The notes under the pieces were generated by a model. That model had not been told where the DNA came from. It saw nothing but the letters and a program-made list of their open reading frames with translations, and made no database searches. The position numbers and the translations under genes were made by a program. A stretch of DNA of 64,000 nt from a virus: the IMG/VR virus record IMGVR_UViG_3300025108_000016. One strand, 5' to 3'. Shown here one piece after another: positions 19,506 to 29,911 of this stretch (position 1 is the stretch's first letter; every line of letters begins with the position of its first letter).

Positions 19506-19541
19506 AAATCCCTGCTTCCTAAATAGAAGTAGGGATTTTTT
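19506..19541 (+). terminator. Intrinsic terminator with late promoter CTAAATA as its loop
   Basis: AAATCCCTGCTTC-CTAAATA-GAAGTAGGGATTT then a T tract. Confidence 0.7.
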
Positions 19542-19553
19542 GTATCTAGGTGC

Positions 19554-20384
19554 ATGGCTACACCAACAACTAAAGCAGAACTAATTGCATATTGTGAACG
19601 CCAATTAGGTGCGCCTGTCCTGCAAATCAATATGGATGCCACCCAAAAGGATGACATCATAGATCAGGCGTTGCAATATTATCACGAATACCATTTTGAT
19701 GGTGTCGAAAGGATGTATCTAAAGCATCAGTTTACTGCTGCGGAGGTAACTCGTTTCACTGAGACTGATGCTGCGTCCTCATCACCTGATGGAACTGGAT
19801 GGGAGAACAGGAGTAACTACATTGAGGTTCCTGAACTTGTTATAGGTATTCAAAAAGTTTTTGGAGTCTCTTCAAATTTCTTGAGGAATAACCTTTTTGG
19901 TATGAGCAATCAATACTATTTGATGGACCTGTTCTCATTCTCTTCAGGTTCGGCATTTAGTTTTGGTAATTTTGATCTGACAAATTACTATATGATCAAG
20001 CAACACTTTGAGACCATTGATATGGTTATCAATACAGGTGCGTTTGTTGAATATAGATTTAATAAAAGACAAGATAGGTTGTACGTAGATATTGATAAAT
20101 CTAGAATTATAGAAGATCAATATTTACTTATTGATTGCTATAGATACCTGGATCCAGATGTACATACTCAAGTTTATAATGATAGTTTTGTAAAGAGATA
20201 TGCTACTGCTCTCATGAAGAGGCAGTGGGGTCAAAACTTGATTAAATATAACAACGTTTCACTTCCTGGTGGCATTAATCTTAATGGTCGCCAACTATGG
20301 GAAGACGGAAACAGAGAAGTTCGTGAGTTGGAATCTAGAATGATGACAGATTATTCACTACCACCAATGGATATGATCGGATAA
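19554..20384 (+). CDS. gp13: Neck protein gp13
   Basis: YCERQLGAPV..IN and QWGQNLIKY..LPGG motifs; synteny. Confidence 0.92.
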   Translation: MATPTTKAELIAYCERQLGAPVLQINMDATQKDDIIDQALQYYHEYHFDGVERMYLKHQFTAAEVTRFTETDAASSSPDGTGWENRSNYIEVPELVIGIQKVFGVSSNFLRNNLFGMSNQYYLMDLFSFSSGSAFSFGNFDLTNYYMIKQHFETIDMVINTGAFVEYRFNKRQDRLYVDIDKSRIIEDQYLLIDCYRYLDPDVHTQVYNDSFVKRYATALMKRQWGQNLIKYNNVSLPGGINLNGRQLWEDGNREVRELESRMMTDYSLPPMDMIG

Positions 20385-20385
20385 A

Positions 20386-21270
20386 ATGCCTACCAGTTCC
20401 TATTTTCCAAGTTACTACGGCGGTACTAGTGGCGAGCAAGGTCTCGTCCAGGATCTTGTGGACGAACAAATTAAATTGTTCGGCACGGATATCTATTACA
20501 TGCCTAGAACTATTCTTAGAGATAACACTCTAGATGATATTATCTACAACAAATATACAGAGCAGTTTCAAATTGAAATGATGCTGCAAAACGTAGAAGG
20601 TTTTGGATCTCCATCAGAATTTATTAGTAAATTTGGACTTCGTATTACAGACGAAGTTAGATTTTCTGTGTCACAAAGAAGATGGGATGAAGAAGTAACT
20701 GAACATAATCCAACACTAACTGTTGATGGAAGACCTAATGAAGGAGATCTCCTTTACTTCCCATTGACTAAAGATCTCTACGAAATTAAATTTGTAGAAA
20801 GAGAAGATCCTTTTTACCAGTTAGGTAAGGTTTACTACTATACAATGACTGCTGAAATTTATGAGTATGGTAGTGATGACATCTCCACTGGAGTTGCTGA
20901 GATTGACGTAATTGAAACACTACTAAGTAATGCAATTGCCCTTACTATGGCAGTAGGCGGTTCTGGTGATTTCACTATCGGTGAAACAATCACAGGATCA
21001 ACTACAAGTACAGAAGGAGAAGTGAAATCGTGGGATGACGCCACAAGGATTTTACAAGTCATCAACAGAACGGGGACATTTGCTACAGGCGAAGCTATGG
21101 TTGGAAATGATAGTGGTGCTGTTCATGTAGTAGGAACGTTTGATACTCTAAATAATACCAACAGCGAATATGATCAGAATAGAGTCATTGAGACCGCTGC
21201 TGATGACATAATTGATTGGACTGAGGGTAACCCTTTCGGTGAATCAGGTAACTTTACAGGTAGTATCTAA
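20386..21270 (+). CDS. gp14: Neck protein gp14
   Basis: SKFGL, RPNEGDLLYFP, PFYQLGK and NPFG motifs. Confidence 0.92.
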   Translation: MPTSSYFPSYYGGTSGEQGLVQDLVDEQIKLFGTDIYYMPRTILRDNTLDDIIYNKYTEQFQIEMMLQNVEGFGSPSEFISKFGLRITDEVRFSVSQRRWDEEVTEHNPTLTVDGRPNEGDLLYFPLTKDLYEIKFVEREDPFYQLGKVYYYTMTAEIYEYGSDDISTGVAEIDVIETLLSNAIALTMAVGGSGDFTIGETITGSTTSTEGEVKSWDDATRILQVINRTGTFATGEAMVGNDSGAVHVVGTFDTLNNTNSEYDQNRVIETAADDIIDWTEGNPFGESGNFTGSI

Positions 21271-22073
21271 TGTTTGGGTCACATTTTTACAACGAAATTA
21301 TTCGTAGAAATATTGTTGGGTTTGGAACACTATTCAACAACATCACATTAAAAAAAGTTGATCCTTCCGATGGTACTACTGTGCTTGAGGAAGAAAAAGT
21401 TCCACTTGCTTATGGACCTAAGCAGAAATTTTTGACACGTCTAGAACAGAATCCAGATGTTGATAGAAAAATTGCTATCACGCTACCACGTCTTTATTTT
21501 GAAATGACTGGTATTGATTATGATTCTCCTCGTAAAACATCTCCTATTCAAAAATATAGAACCATCATTCAAAGTGATGGCACAGAAGTAAAAGAACAAT
21601 ATGTTCCTGTTCCTTATAACATTGATTTTGAACTTGGTATCATTGCTAAGTCTCAGGATGATGGACTACAAATTCTTGAGCAAATTCTTCCCTACTTCCA
21701 ACCATCGTTTAATATCACTCTCAACATGATTCCAGACATGGATGAGAAAAGAGATGTTGCTATTACATTAAACAATGTCAGTTATGATGATGAATGGGAT
21801 GACAATTTTCTTGAGCGTAGATATATCACATGGTCTTTATCGTTTACTGCTAAGTCTTATATCTACGGACCATTCGATCAAGCAAGTGTTATTAAGAAAG
21901 CAATTGTATATGAAGGACTTGGAACTTCTGTACCAAATAGAACTACCAAAGTTACTTACACACCTAGAGCACTAGAAGATAAGAACAGCGATGGAAACAT
22001 TGATGCTCTGGATGATGCACTACTAACATCTTCAGATGACTTTGGATTTAATGAAGGCATTGAACTACTATGA
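21270..22073 (+). CDS. gp15: Tail sheath stabiliser / terminator gp15
   Basis: FGTLFNNI, VPLAYGPKQKF and QILEQILPYFQP. Confidence 0.92.
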   Translation: MFGSHFYNEIIRRNIVGFGTLFNNITLKKVDPSDGTTVLEEEKVPLAYGPKQKFLTRLEQNPDVDRKIAITLPRLYFEMTGIDYDSPRKTSPIQKYRTIIQSDGTEVKEQYVPVPYNIDFELGIIAKSQDDGLQILEQILPYFQPSFNITLNMIPDMDEKRDVAITLNNVSYDDEWDDNFLERRYITWSLSFTAKSYIYGPFDQASVIKKAIVYEGLGTSVPNRTTKVTYTPRALEDKNSDGNIDALDDALLTSSDDFGFNEGIELL

Positions 22074-22489
22074 GCAAACTTGAGGATAATATGGAAGATC
22101 TATTTGACATTGAAATTGAATCTACTGCTATCGAACCATCTAAACCAGTACCACCGACATCAGATAAAGACGACCAGACAAAAGATTATGAATATACCAG
22201 AGGGTCTTTATACTCACTCATAGACAAGGGTAGAGAGGCGCTAGACGGGGCGTTAGAGGTTGCTCAGGAGTCAGGGCACCCTAGAGCGTATGAAGTCGCT
22301 GTGAACGCCATGAAGCAGGTAGCAGACGCCACTGATAAACTCCTAGATCTACAGAAGAAGATGAAGGATCTCGAAGCACCTACAAAAAATTCTGTAAATA
22401 GTAAGACCACAAACAATTTATTTGTTGGTAGTACAGCAGACCTTCAAAAAATGCTTAAGCAAATAAATAAACAAGACGAGTCGGAATAA
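22070..22489 (+). CDS. gp16: Terminase small subunit gp16
   Basis: DYEYTR, HPRAYEV and FVGSTADL. Confidence 0.9.
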   Translation: MSKLEDNMEDLFDIEIESTAIEPSKPVPPTSDKDDQTKDYEYTRGSLYSLIDKGREALDGALEVAQESGHPRAYEVAVNAMKQVADATDKLLDLQKKMKDLEAPTKNSVNSKTTNNLFVGSTADLQKMLKQINKQDESE

Positions 22490-22491
22490 AT

Positions 22492-22770
22492 ATGAAGTCT
22501 TTTAAACAACTACGTATTGACATCACCGAAGCAGCAGCCTGGACCAAAAAGTCAGGAAAGAAAAAGTCTGGAGGACTCAACGAAAAAGGACGAAAGTCTT
22601 ATGAAAAAGAAAATCCAGGATCTGACCTCAAAGCACCAAGCAAAAAAGTTGGAAACCCCCGTAGGGCATCATTCTGTGCTCGAATGAAAGGCATGAGGAA
22701 GAGGCAGAAAAAATCTAATAACACAGGTGATGATCGCCTGTCAAAATCATTGAGAGCTTGGAATTGTTAA
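22492..22770 (+). CDS. Basic hypothetical protein, candidate internal head protein
   Basis: Lys-rich 92 aa; N-terminus MKSFKQL..ITE resembles a capsid-targeting sequence. Confidence 0.6.
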   Translation: MKSFKQLRIDITEAAAWTKKSGKKKSGGLNEKGRKSYEKENPGSDLKAPSKKVGNPRRASFCARMKGMRKRQKKSNNTGDDRLSKSLRAWNC

Positions 22771-22772
22771 TC

Positions 22773-22886
22773 ATGACTGAGAAGAAACCTATCAAAAAAG
22801 ATTACGATGGACCATTGTATGCTCCGTGGTCTAAAGTAGTTGCTGGAAAGAAAGCATTTCAAGATAAGGACACAAATCGTAACTAA
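22773..22886 (+). CDS. Small hypothetical protein (37 aa, MTEKKPIKKDYDGPLYAPW…)
   Basis: Manually translated ORF starting 2 nt after the upstream stop; below the ORF-track cutoff. Confidence 0.5.
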   Translation: MTEKKPIKKDYDGPLYAPWSKVVAGKKAFQDKDTNRN

Positions 22887-22940
22887 CTGATACAATATTT
22901 TTCACTACATACACTATAATGTTTGTAGTGGAATATTATC

Positions 22941-23165
22941 ATGCTTGGCATATATGTAATTATCACTCTCATTGTCCTCATGGTAGCGTATGCTGGCATG
23001 GAAGAAACTATGCGCTTATTCGCTTATGTTGATCTTGTGATCAGATATCAGTGGATTAAATTCAGAATGTTTTTGATGAGACGTAAATTAGAACAACAAC
23101 TTATAAAGGATCTACCTGATTACAACAAACTCATAAAGGAATTAAAGAAAGATGACCAACGATAA
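22941..23165 (+). CDS. Small membrane-anchored hypothetical protein
   Basis: N-terminal hydrophobic helix. Confidence 0.6.
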   Translation: MLGIYVIITLIVLMVAYAGMEETMRLFAYVDLVIRYQWIKFRMFLMRRKLEQQLIKDLPDYNKLIKELKKDDQR

Positions 23166-23409
23166 GGAACTGTCGGATCTCAAAATCGAGAGAAAAGAAT
23201 GTCCTAAATGTGGTGCTACTTGGATCAACGGTCAGCATCGTTGGAGTACAGGTGCTGTAGGTAATGAAGCAGATCTAGCAGGTCTTGTTTGTAACAAACT
23301 AGGAGATAATACTTGTATCAATCCTGTAAAAGGAATGGAAGGTGGTGATACTTGGGAAGATAGACTTTCTTTCCTAGACAAAATGGATAAAGAGAAGGAA
23401 GATAAATAG
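23152..23409 (+). CDS. Hypothetical zinc-ribbon protein
   Basis: CPKC motif and LAGLVC..CINP. Confidence 0.65.
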   Translation: MTNDKELSDLKIERKECPKCGATWINGQHRWSTGAVGNEADLAGLVCNKLGDNTCINPVKGMEGGDTWEDRLSFLDKMDKEKEDK

Positions 23410-23429
23410 TAGTGGTGAACTAGTTTCTT

Positions 23430-25079
23430 ATGGCATCCGATCAGATTTATCTTGGCAATCCGCTACTAAAAAAAGCAAACGTCAAGATTGACTTCACACC
23501 TGAACAGGTTAAAGAATTTATTAAGTGTAAGAACGATCCGATATATTTCACCAAGACTTATGTCCAGATCGTTTCACTTGATGAAGGTCTGGTGCCATTT
23601 AAAATGTGGGACTTCCAAGAAGAGTTGATTAGGAAGTTTCATAAAAGCAGATTCAACATTGCAAAACTACCAAGACAAACAGGTAAGTCTACTACTGTTG
23701 TGTCTTATCTTTTGCACTACCTAATTTTTAATGATAGTGTTAACGTAGGCATTCTAGCAAACAAAGCATCTACTGCGAGAGATCTTTTAGCAAGATTAGC
23801 TACAGCATATGAGAACCTACCTAAGTGGATTCAACAGGGTGTGGTAGTATGGAACAAAGGTAACATCGAGTTAGAAAATGGCAGTAAAATATTGGCAGCT
23901 TCTACATCTGCATCTGCTGTCCGAGGCATGTCGTTTAACATCATCTTTCTCGACGAGTTCGCTTTCGTCCCGAATCACATTGCTGACTCGTTCTTTGCCT
24001 CTGTTTATCCTACTATCACTTCTGGTAAATCAACGAAAGTAATTATCATCTCTACCCCACAGGGTATGAACCACTTCTATAAGATGTGGCAGGATGCTGT
24101 TAATGGTAGAAACGATTACACATATCATGAAGTCCACTGGTCGCAGGTTCCTGGAAGGGACGCCAAGTGGAAAGAAGAAACTATTAAGAACACATCTCAA
24201 CGTCAGTTCACACAAGAATTCGAGTGCGAGTTTCTGGGATCTGTTGATACGTTAATTTCTGCTTCTAAGTTGAAAGCATTAGCATTTGACGATCCTATTT
24301 CACAAAGTAAAGGACTTGACATATATGAGAAACCAAAGGACAAGTCTGAATACCTTCTTACTGTTGATGTTAGTAGGGGTATTGGTGGAGATTATAGTGC
24401 TTTTATTGTTTTTGACATTACAACAGTTCCCTACAGGGTAGTAGGAAAGTATAGAAATAATGAAATCAAACCCATGTTGTTCCCTAACGTTATTAATGAC
24501 GTTGCCAGAGCATATAATAATGCATGGGTTCTATGTGAAGTGAATGACGTTGGAGATTCGGTAGCATCTGTTCTTAACTATGATCTAGAATATCCAAACG
24601 TCCTTATGTGTGCTATGAGAGGACGTGCTGGTCAGATTGTTGGACAGGGATTCTCTGGTAACAAGACACAACTAGGTGTTAAGATGAGTGTTACTGTAAA
24701 GAAAGTTGGATGTGCTAACCTCAAACAGATTATTGAAGATGACAAACTCACTTTCAATGACTATGAAATTATTAATGAACTTACCACGTTCATTCAGAAG
24801 AAACAATCCTTTGAAGCTGATGAAGGATTCCATGATGACTTGGTAATGTGTATGGTTATCTTTGCGTGGTTAGTACAGCAAGATTATTTTAAAGAACTAA
24901 CAGACAATGATGTTCGTCAACGCATTTATCAAGAACAGAAAAATCAAATTGAACAGGACATGGCACCATTCGGATTTATTACAACAGGATTAGAAGGAGA
25001 TGAAGGATTCGTTACTGATGGTGCCGTGTGGTATGGTGATACACAAGAAGATGTTGGTTACATGTGGGATTACAGATAA
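23430..25079 (+). CDS. gp17: Terminase large subunit gp17
   Basis: PRQTGKST Walker A, IFLDEFAF Walker B, nuclease motifs VDVSRG and HDDLVM. Confidence 0.97.
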   Translation: MASDQIYLGNPLLKKANVKIDFTPEQVKEFIKCKNDPIYFTKTYVQIVSLDEGLVPFKMWDFQEELIRKFHKSRFNIAKLPRQTGKSTTVVSYLLHYLIFNDSVNVGILANKASTARDLLARLATAYENLPKWIQQGVVVWNKGNIELENGSKILAASTSASAVRGMSFNIIFLDEFAFVPNHIADSFFASVYPTITSGKSTKVIIISTPQGMNHFYKMWQDAVNGRNDYTYHEVHWSQVPGRDAKWKEETIKNTSQRQFTQEFECEFLGSVDTLISASKLKALAFDDPISQSKGLDIYEKPKDKSEYLLTVDVSRGIGGDYSAFIVFDITTVPYRVVGKYRNNEIKPMLFPNVINDVARAYNNAWVLCEVNDVGDSVASVLNYDLEYPNVLMCAMRGRAGQIVGQGFSGNKTQLGVKMSVTVKKVGCANLKQIIEDDKLTFNDYEIINELTTFIQKKQSFEADEGFHDDLVMCMVIFAWLVQQDYFKELTDNDVRQRIYQEQKNQIEQDMAPFGFITTGLEGDEGFVTDGAVWYGDTQEDVGYMWDYR

Positions 25080-25306
25080 TGAATTTAGATGATCAATTTA
25101 AACTTGAACATCTACTCCTGAAAGAAAGGAAATGTAGGACATGCAATAAAACTAAAAGTTTGTTAGATGATTACTATTTGATAAGGAGAGTAAGGGGAGA
25201 TCTTCCTTCATCATACTCATATGAATGTAAAAATTGCACGATAGATCGTGTACTGAAGACAAGACAAAAAGGTAGACCTGTAACAGATCTATATCCAGAC
25301 TGGTAG
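25079..25306 (+). CDS. Small zinc-finger protein
   Basis: CRTC…SYECKNC; ATG overlaps the gp17 stop. Confidence 0.6.
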   Translation: MNLDDQFKLEHLLLKERKCRTCNKTKSLLDDYYLIRRVRGDLPSSYSYECKNCTIDRVLKTRQKGRPVTDLYPDW

Positions 25307-25391
25307 TGTGTTCATGCATTGTTTCCCCACTCAAGACATTCAAAAATCTAAATAGTTTTAGATTAAATTTGGACATACCAAGGAGAAAAAT

Positions 25392-27326
25392 ATGGCAAGT
25401 CAAGTCTCGCCTGGAGTAATGATCAAAGAGCGTGACCTTACCAATGCTGTTGTGACGGGTGTTCTGCAGATTCGTGCTGCTCACGCCTCATCTTTTACTA
25501 AGGGACCGATCGGTGATATCGTAAATATCAATTCACAAAAAGAACTAATTTCTGTATTCGGAACGCCAAACGAAGACAATTCAGAAGATTGGTTGGTTGC
25601 TAACGAGTTTCTGAACTATGGCGGTAGACTCGCTGTTGTTCGTGCTGCTAGCACTGGACTTCTAAACGCAACTACTGGCAGTGGTGTACTGATCGCCAAT
25701 GACTTGCAATGGCAAGCTGGTGCTGGCACCTCAGAAACTTTTGCTGCACGTACAGCAGGAGTACACGGAAACTCTTTGATGGGAGTTTTGGTTGACGCAG
25801 GTCCCGATTACATTTTGGATCTCGCAACTGCACCTGCTAATGTAACAATCGCTGTTGGTGATTCCCTAGCATTCAGTAACGGAACAACTGCTACAGTTGT
25901 AGCAGGAACACAAAATGCACTAGTTGTCAAGGCAAGCGCAGCATTGACATCCGCAGCAACACTAACTGATGGTGGAGCAACAGTTGCTCTGACATCTGTA
26001 AAAGACTGGTATCTAAACACCGAAGTTGGTTCTACTGGAGTCAGACTTAGTGACATCGGTCCTCGTCCTGTATCCACACAACATGCTTTGGATAATGGCA
26101 TTTCTGGTGATGCTCTACACTTTGCAGTTATTGATACCACTGGTGCAGTTACTGGTACTGCAAATACTATCGTAGAGAAGTTCACCTTCCTCAGTAAACT
26201 GACTGATGCTACTAGCGAAGAGAACGCTAACATCTATTATAAGTCAGTTATCAACAGCATCTCAACTCAGTTGTTCCATGGAACATCGGTTTCCACAAAT
26301 GCTAACATGACTGGCGAAGCGTGGGATCAAGCAACTGCTTCAGTATCTGGAGCAATGGCAAGAGTAGGTGCTGAATCTGGTCAACTACAAAATGGTGCTG
26401 ATGGCAGTGGTTATACCTCTGGTCAGTTTGCAGCTGCAATGGATCTCTTCGTTGACACAGAAGAAACTGATATCGACTTCGTTCTCATGGGTGGATCCAT
26501 GTCAACTAAGAGCGATACTCAAGCAAAAGCAACAAAAGTAATTGCAATTGCTGCAGGAAGAAAAGATTGCATCGCATTTGTTTCTCCTTTCAAAGGAGAC
26601 CAAATTGCAAGCACTGGTGGTAATTCACTAACATCAATTCAGCAGAAAGAAAATACTCTGGACTTCTTCAGTGGTTTGACTTCTACTTCTTATGCTGTAT
26701 TTGATAGCGGTTACAAGTATGTCTATGATCGTTTCAGCGACAAGTATCGTTACATCCCTTGCAATGGAGACACTGCAGGTCTATGTGTAGCTACTTCTAA
26801 CGTACAAGAAGACTGGTACTCACCTGCTGGTTTGAATCGTGGTGGCATTCTTAACGCTGTTAAACTTGCTTACAACCCTAACAAGGCAGACAGAGACGAG
26901 TTGTATCAGAATCGCATCAACCCAATCACATCACTCAAAGGACAAGGTATTACTTTGTTCGGTGACAAGACTGCACTCTCAGCACCTTCTGCATTCGATC
27001 GTATCAACGTTCGCCGTCTCTTCCTCAATCTTGAGAAGAGAGCTCGCAGACTTGCTGAAGGAGTATTGTTCGAGCAGAACGATGCCACCACAAGAGCAGG
27101 TTTCGCTAGTGCATTAAACTCCTACCTAGCAGAAGTTCAGGCACGTAGAGGTGTTACCGATTTCCTAGTTGTTTGTGATGAGTCAAACAATACTGCTGAC
27201 GTTATCGATCGTAACGAATTTGTTGCTGAAATTTATGTAAAACCAACTCGTTCTATCAACTTCATCACAGTCACATTTACTGCAACGAAGACTGGAGTTT
27301 CCTTCAGTGAAGTTGTAGGTCGCTGA
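25392..27326 (+). CDS. gp18: Tail sheath protein gp18
   Basis: SPGV..KERD, WYSPAG..RG, FDRINVRRLF and KPTRSINFI; AGGAG RBS. Confidence 0.97.
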   Translation: MASQVSPGVMIKERDLTNAVVTGVLQIRAAHASSFTKGPIGDIVNINSQKELISVFGTPNEDNSEDWLVANEFLNYGGRLAVVRAASTGLLNATTGSGVLIANDLQWQAGAGTSETFAARTAGVHGNSLMGVLVDAGPDYILDLATAPANVTIAVGDSLAFSNGTTATVVAGTQNALVVKASAALTSAATLTDGGATVALTSVKDWYLNTEVGSTGVRLSDIGPRPVSTQHALDNGISGDALHFAVIDTTGAVTGTANTIVEKFTFLSKLTDATSEENANIYYKSVINSISTQLFHGTSVSTNANMTGEAWDQATASVSGAMARVGAESGQLQNGADGSGYTSGQFAAAMDLFVDTEETDIDFVLMGGSMSTKSDTQAKATKVIAIAAGRKDCIAFVSPFKGDQIASTGGNSLTSIQQKENTLDFFSGLTSTSYAVFDSGYKYVYDRFSDKYRYIPCNGDTAGLCVATSNVQEDWYSPAGLNRGGILNAVKLAYNPNKADRDELYQNRINPITSLKGQGITLFGDKTALSAPSAFDRINVRRLFLNLEKRARRLAEGVLFEQNDATTRAGFASALNSYLAEVQARRGVTDFLVVCDESNNTADVIDRNEFVAEIYVKPTRSINFITVTFTATKTGVSFSEVVGR

Positions 27327-27373
27327 TATAAAGTTCCATATACATAACAATCAATAGAGGTTAAAAGAAACAA

Positions 27374-27991
27374 ATGGCAACTAAGTTAAGCAATTTTATC
27401 ACTGACATTGGACAAGGCGTTAAGCCTAATATGTTCATTGTTGATATCGCATTCCCTGGAGAAGTCTCTGGGGCAGATGGCGATGCTGACATGATTAACT
27501 TGCTCTGCAAATCAGCAGCACTTCCTGCATCCAACTTGGGTGTAATCGAAGTTCCTTTCCGTGGCAGAACAGTTAAGATCGCAGGTGACCGCACCTTCGA
27601 CACATGGACCGCAACCTTTGTCAATGACAAAGAAATGAAGATTCGTTCATACTTCGAGCAATGGTTGGCAACAATCAACTCACACGAATCTAACAACGCT
27701 CCACTCTTCACACCTGGTATGACCGATGGTGGTTATTCCAGAATGCTTAAAGTTAAGCAACTTGAAAAGAATGCATCCGAGTCTGGCGAAATCCTTCGTC
27801 AGTATGATCTCCACTATGCATTCCCAACCAATGTTTCCCAGATTGATCTTGCTTATGACAGCAATGATCAGATCGAAGAGTTCACAGTTGAGTTCCAGTA
27901 TTCTTACTGGAAAGCAGTTGCTGGCGAAACTCAGAACGGAGCATCTGGTAACAAGGATGGAGTTGGCGATCAGCGCCTAGTTCAAGGTTGA
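27374..27991 (+). CDS. gp19: Tail tube protein gp19
   Basis: VPFRGR..KIAGDRTF and IEEFTVEFQY. Confidence 0.95.
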   Translation: MATKLSNFITDIGQGVKPNMFIVDIAFPGEVSGADGDADMINLLCKSAALPASNLGVIEVPFRGRTVKIAGDRTFDTWTATFVNDKEMKIRSYFEQWLATINSHESNNAPLFTPGMTDGGYSRMLKVKQLEKNASESGEILRQYDLHYAFPTNVSQIDLAYDSNDQIEEFTVEFQYSYWKAVAGETQNGASGNKDGVGDQRLVQG

Positions 27992-28025
27992 TAAATAGAT
28001 ATAGCAATAGATCTGTTTTCATCTG

Positions 28026-29705
28026 ATGAGTCAACTATTTGGTTTTATTATTAATAAGAAGGAGGGTCAGCAAGGTCAGTCCCCTGTCCCTCCTAACAAT
28101 GAAGCAAACGTCAGCACTGTTGCTGGTGGATATTTTGGTACGTATGTTGATCAGTCTGGTGGTCAAAATTCAAGAAACGAATTTGAACTCATTCGCAGAT
28201 ATCGCGACATGTCCCTTCACCCAGAAGTGGATACTGCCGTCGATGAAATTGTGAATGAGTTTGTCGTTAATGATAGTGATGATAAACCCGTAGAGGTTGA
28301 TCTACAAAATTTACAAGTTGGTGCTGGAGTAAAGAAAAAAATTCGTGACGAGTTTAATCATATTTTGCGTATGATGGACTTCAACACAAACGCACACGAA
28401 ATTATTCGTAATTGGTATGTTGATGGTAAGTGTCATTACCACAAAGTTATTGACCTAGACAAACCTAGAAAGGGGATCTTGGAGTTACGCTACATGGACT
28501 CCTTGAAAGTAAGAAAGGTCAGACAGAAATTAAAAGGAACCGATCAGAACAGAACAGAACAAGAGAAAGGTTCTGCTTTGCAGTATGACTACGGCGACTA
28601 CATTGAATTTTATTTGTACAACCCCAAAGGGTTTGCTGGTTCAGCTCCTTCTGTTACTGGAGCAATGGATTGGACCAACCAAGAAGGTATTAAAATTGCT
28701 GCTGATGCTATCGCGCAATCTACCTCTGGGTTAATGGATCTCAATAAAAAAATGTCATTGAGTTTCCTACACAAAGCGATCAAGTCTCTCAATCAACTAC
28801 GAATGATTGAAGACTCTCTTGTTATCTACAGACTATCACGCGCACCAGAACGTAGAATCTTTTACATTGACGTTGGCAATCTTCCCAAGGTAAAAGCAGA
28901 GCAGTATCTACGTGATGTCATGGCACGTTATCGTAACAAACTTGTGTACGATGGACAGACTGGTGAGATCCGTGATGATAAAAAGCATATGAGTATGCTA
29001 GAAGATTTTTGGTTGCCTCGTAGAGAGGGTGGACGTGGAACTGAGATCACTACTCTTCCTGGCGGACAAAATCTTGGCGAACTCAAAGATGTTGAGTATT
29101 TTAAAAAGAAACTCTACAACTCTCTCAATCTCCCTCCTTCTCGTCTTACTGACGACAATAAAGCTTTTAATCTTGGTAAGTCTACTGAGATTTTGCGTGA
29201 TGAACTAAAATTTACTAAGTTTATTGGTCGTCTCCGCAAGCGTTTTGCTCAGTTGTTTCATGATATTCTTAAGACTCAACTAATCCTTAAGGGTATTATT
29301 ACCCCTGAGGATTGGGATGATATGGAAGAGCATATTCAATATGACTTCCTGTTTGATAACCATTTCAATGAACTGAAAGAACAAGAGATGATGATGCAAC
29401 GCATCACTCTTGCCACTCAGATGGATCCTTTTGTTGGAAAATATTTCTCCACGGAATACATCCGTCGTAAAATTCTTATGCAAACTGAGAATGAATATAA
29501 GGAAATTGATAAGCAAATGAAGGTTGATATTGACACAGGACTCGCTATCGATCCTGTTCAAGTCAACATGCTTTCAGACTTGGAGCAACAGAACAAAGCG
29601 TTTGAACCAGAGTTGCAATCTGCGGAAGCTGATGCTGCAACAGAAAGAGAAATGAAGAAGTTAGCAGCTGCTCCAAAACCTTCCGCATCTAAAAGTGATA
29701 AATAA
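28026..29705 (+). CDS. gp20: Portal protein gp20
   Basis: IYRLSRAPERRIFYIDVGNLP and EDFWLPRREGGRGTEI. Confidence 0.98.
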   Translation: MSQLFGFIINKKEGQQGQSPVPPNNEANVSTVAGGYFGTYVDQSGGQNSRNEFELIRRYRDMSLHPEVDTAVDEIVNEFVVNDSDDKPVEVDLQNLQVGAGVKKKIRDEFNHILRMMDFNTNAHEIIRNWYVDGKCHYHKVIDLDKPRKGILELRYMDSLKVRKVRQKLKGTDQNRTEQEKGSALQYDYGDYIEFYLYNPKGFAGSAPSVTGAMDWTNQEGIKIAADAIAQSTSGLMDLNKKMSLSFLHKAIKSLNQLRMIEDSLVIYRLSRAPERRIFYIDVGNLPKVKAEQYLRDVMARYRNKLVYDGQTGEIRDDKKHMSMLEDFWLPRREGGRGTEITTLPGGQNLGELKDVEYFKKKLYNSLNLPPSRLTDDNKAFNLGKSTEILRDELKFTKFIGRLRKRFAQLFHDILKTQLILKGIITPEDWDDMEEHIQYDFLFDNHFNELKEQEMMMQRITLATQMDPFVGKYFSTEYIRRKILMQTENEYKEIDKQMKVDIDTGLAIDPVQVNMLSDLEQQNKAFEPELQSAEADAATEREMKKLAAAPKPSASKSDK

Positions 29706-29725
29706 TTAGACTTCAACACATTAAT

Positions 29726-29911
29726 ATGAGTGATCAACCACTAGAGTCTGAAGTATTGGACATCGTAAATTTAATTGGAGATAAGAAAAGAGCAAATGCT
29801 CTAGACAAAATCTCCGATATTTTGTACGCGAAAGCGTCACAAAACATGGACGACTATAAAAAAGTTGTCGCAAACACTTTCTTTGACGAACCATCACCAG
29901 AAGAAGAATGA
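29726..29911 (+). CDS. Small prohead core-associated protein (gp67/gp68 position)
   Basis: 61-aa acidic ORF between portal and protease; late promoter ATAAATA at 29698. Confidence 0.55.
   Translation: MSDQPLESEVLDIVNLIGDKKRANALDKISDILYAKASQNMDDYKKVVANTFFDEPSPEEE

Noticed and set aside
22879-22893. Possible NtcA box GTA…TAC
   Set aside because: The spacer is 9 nt rather than the required 8
23430-25079. Introns or inteins in the terminase, polymerase or helicase genes
   Set aside because: gp17, gp43, gp41 and UvsW are of normal length and uninterrupted
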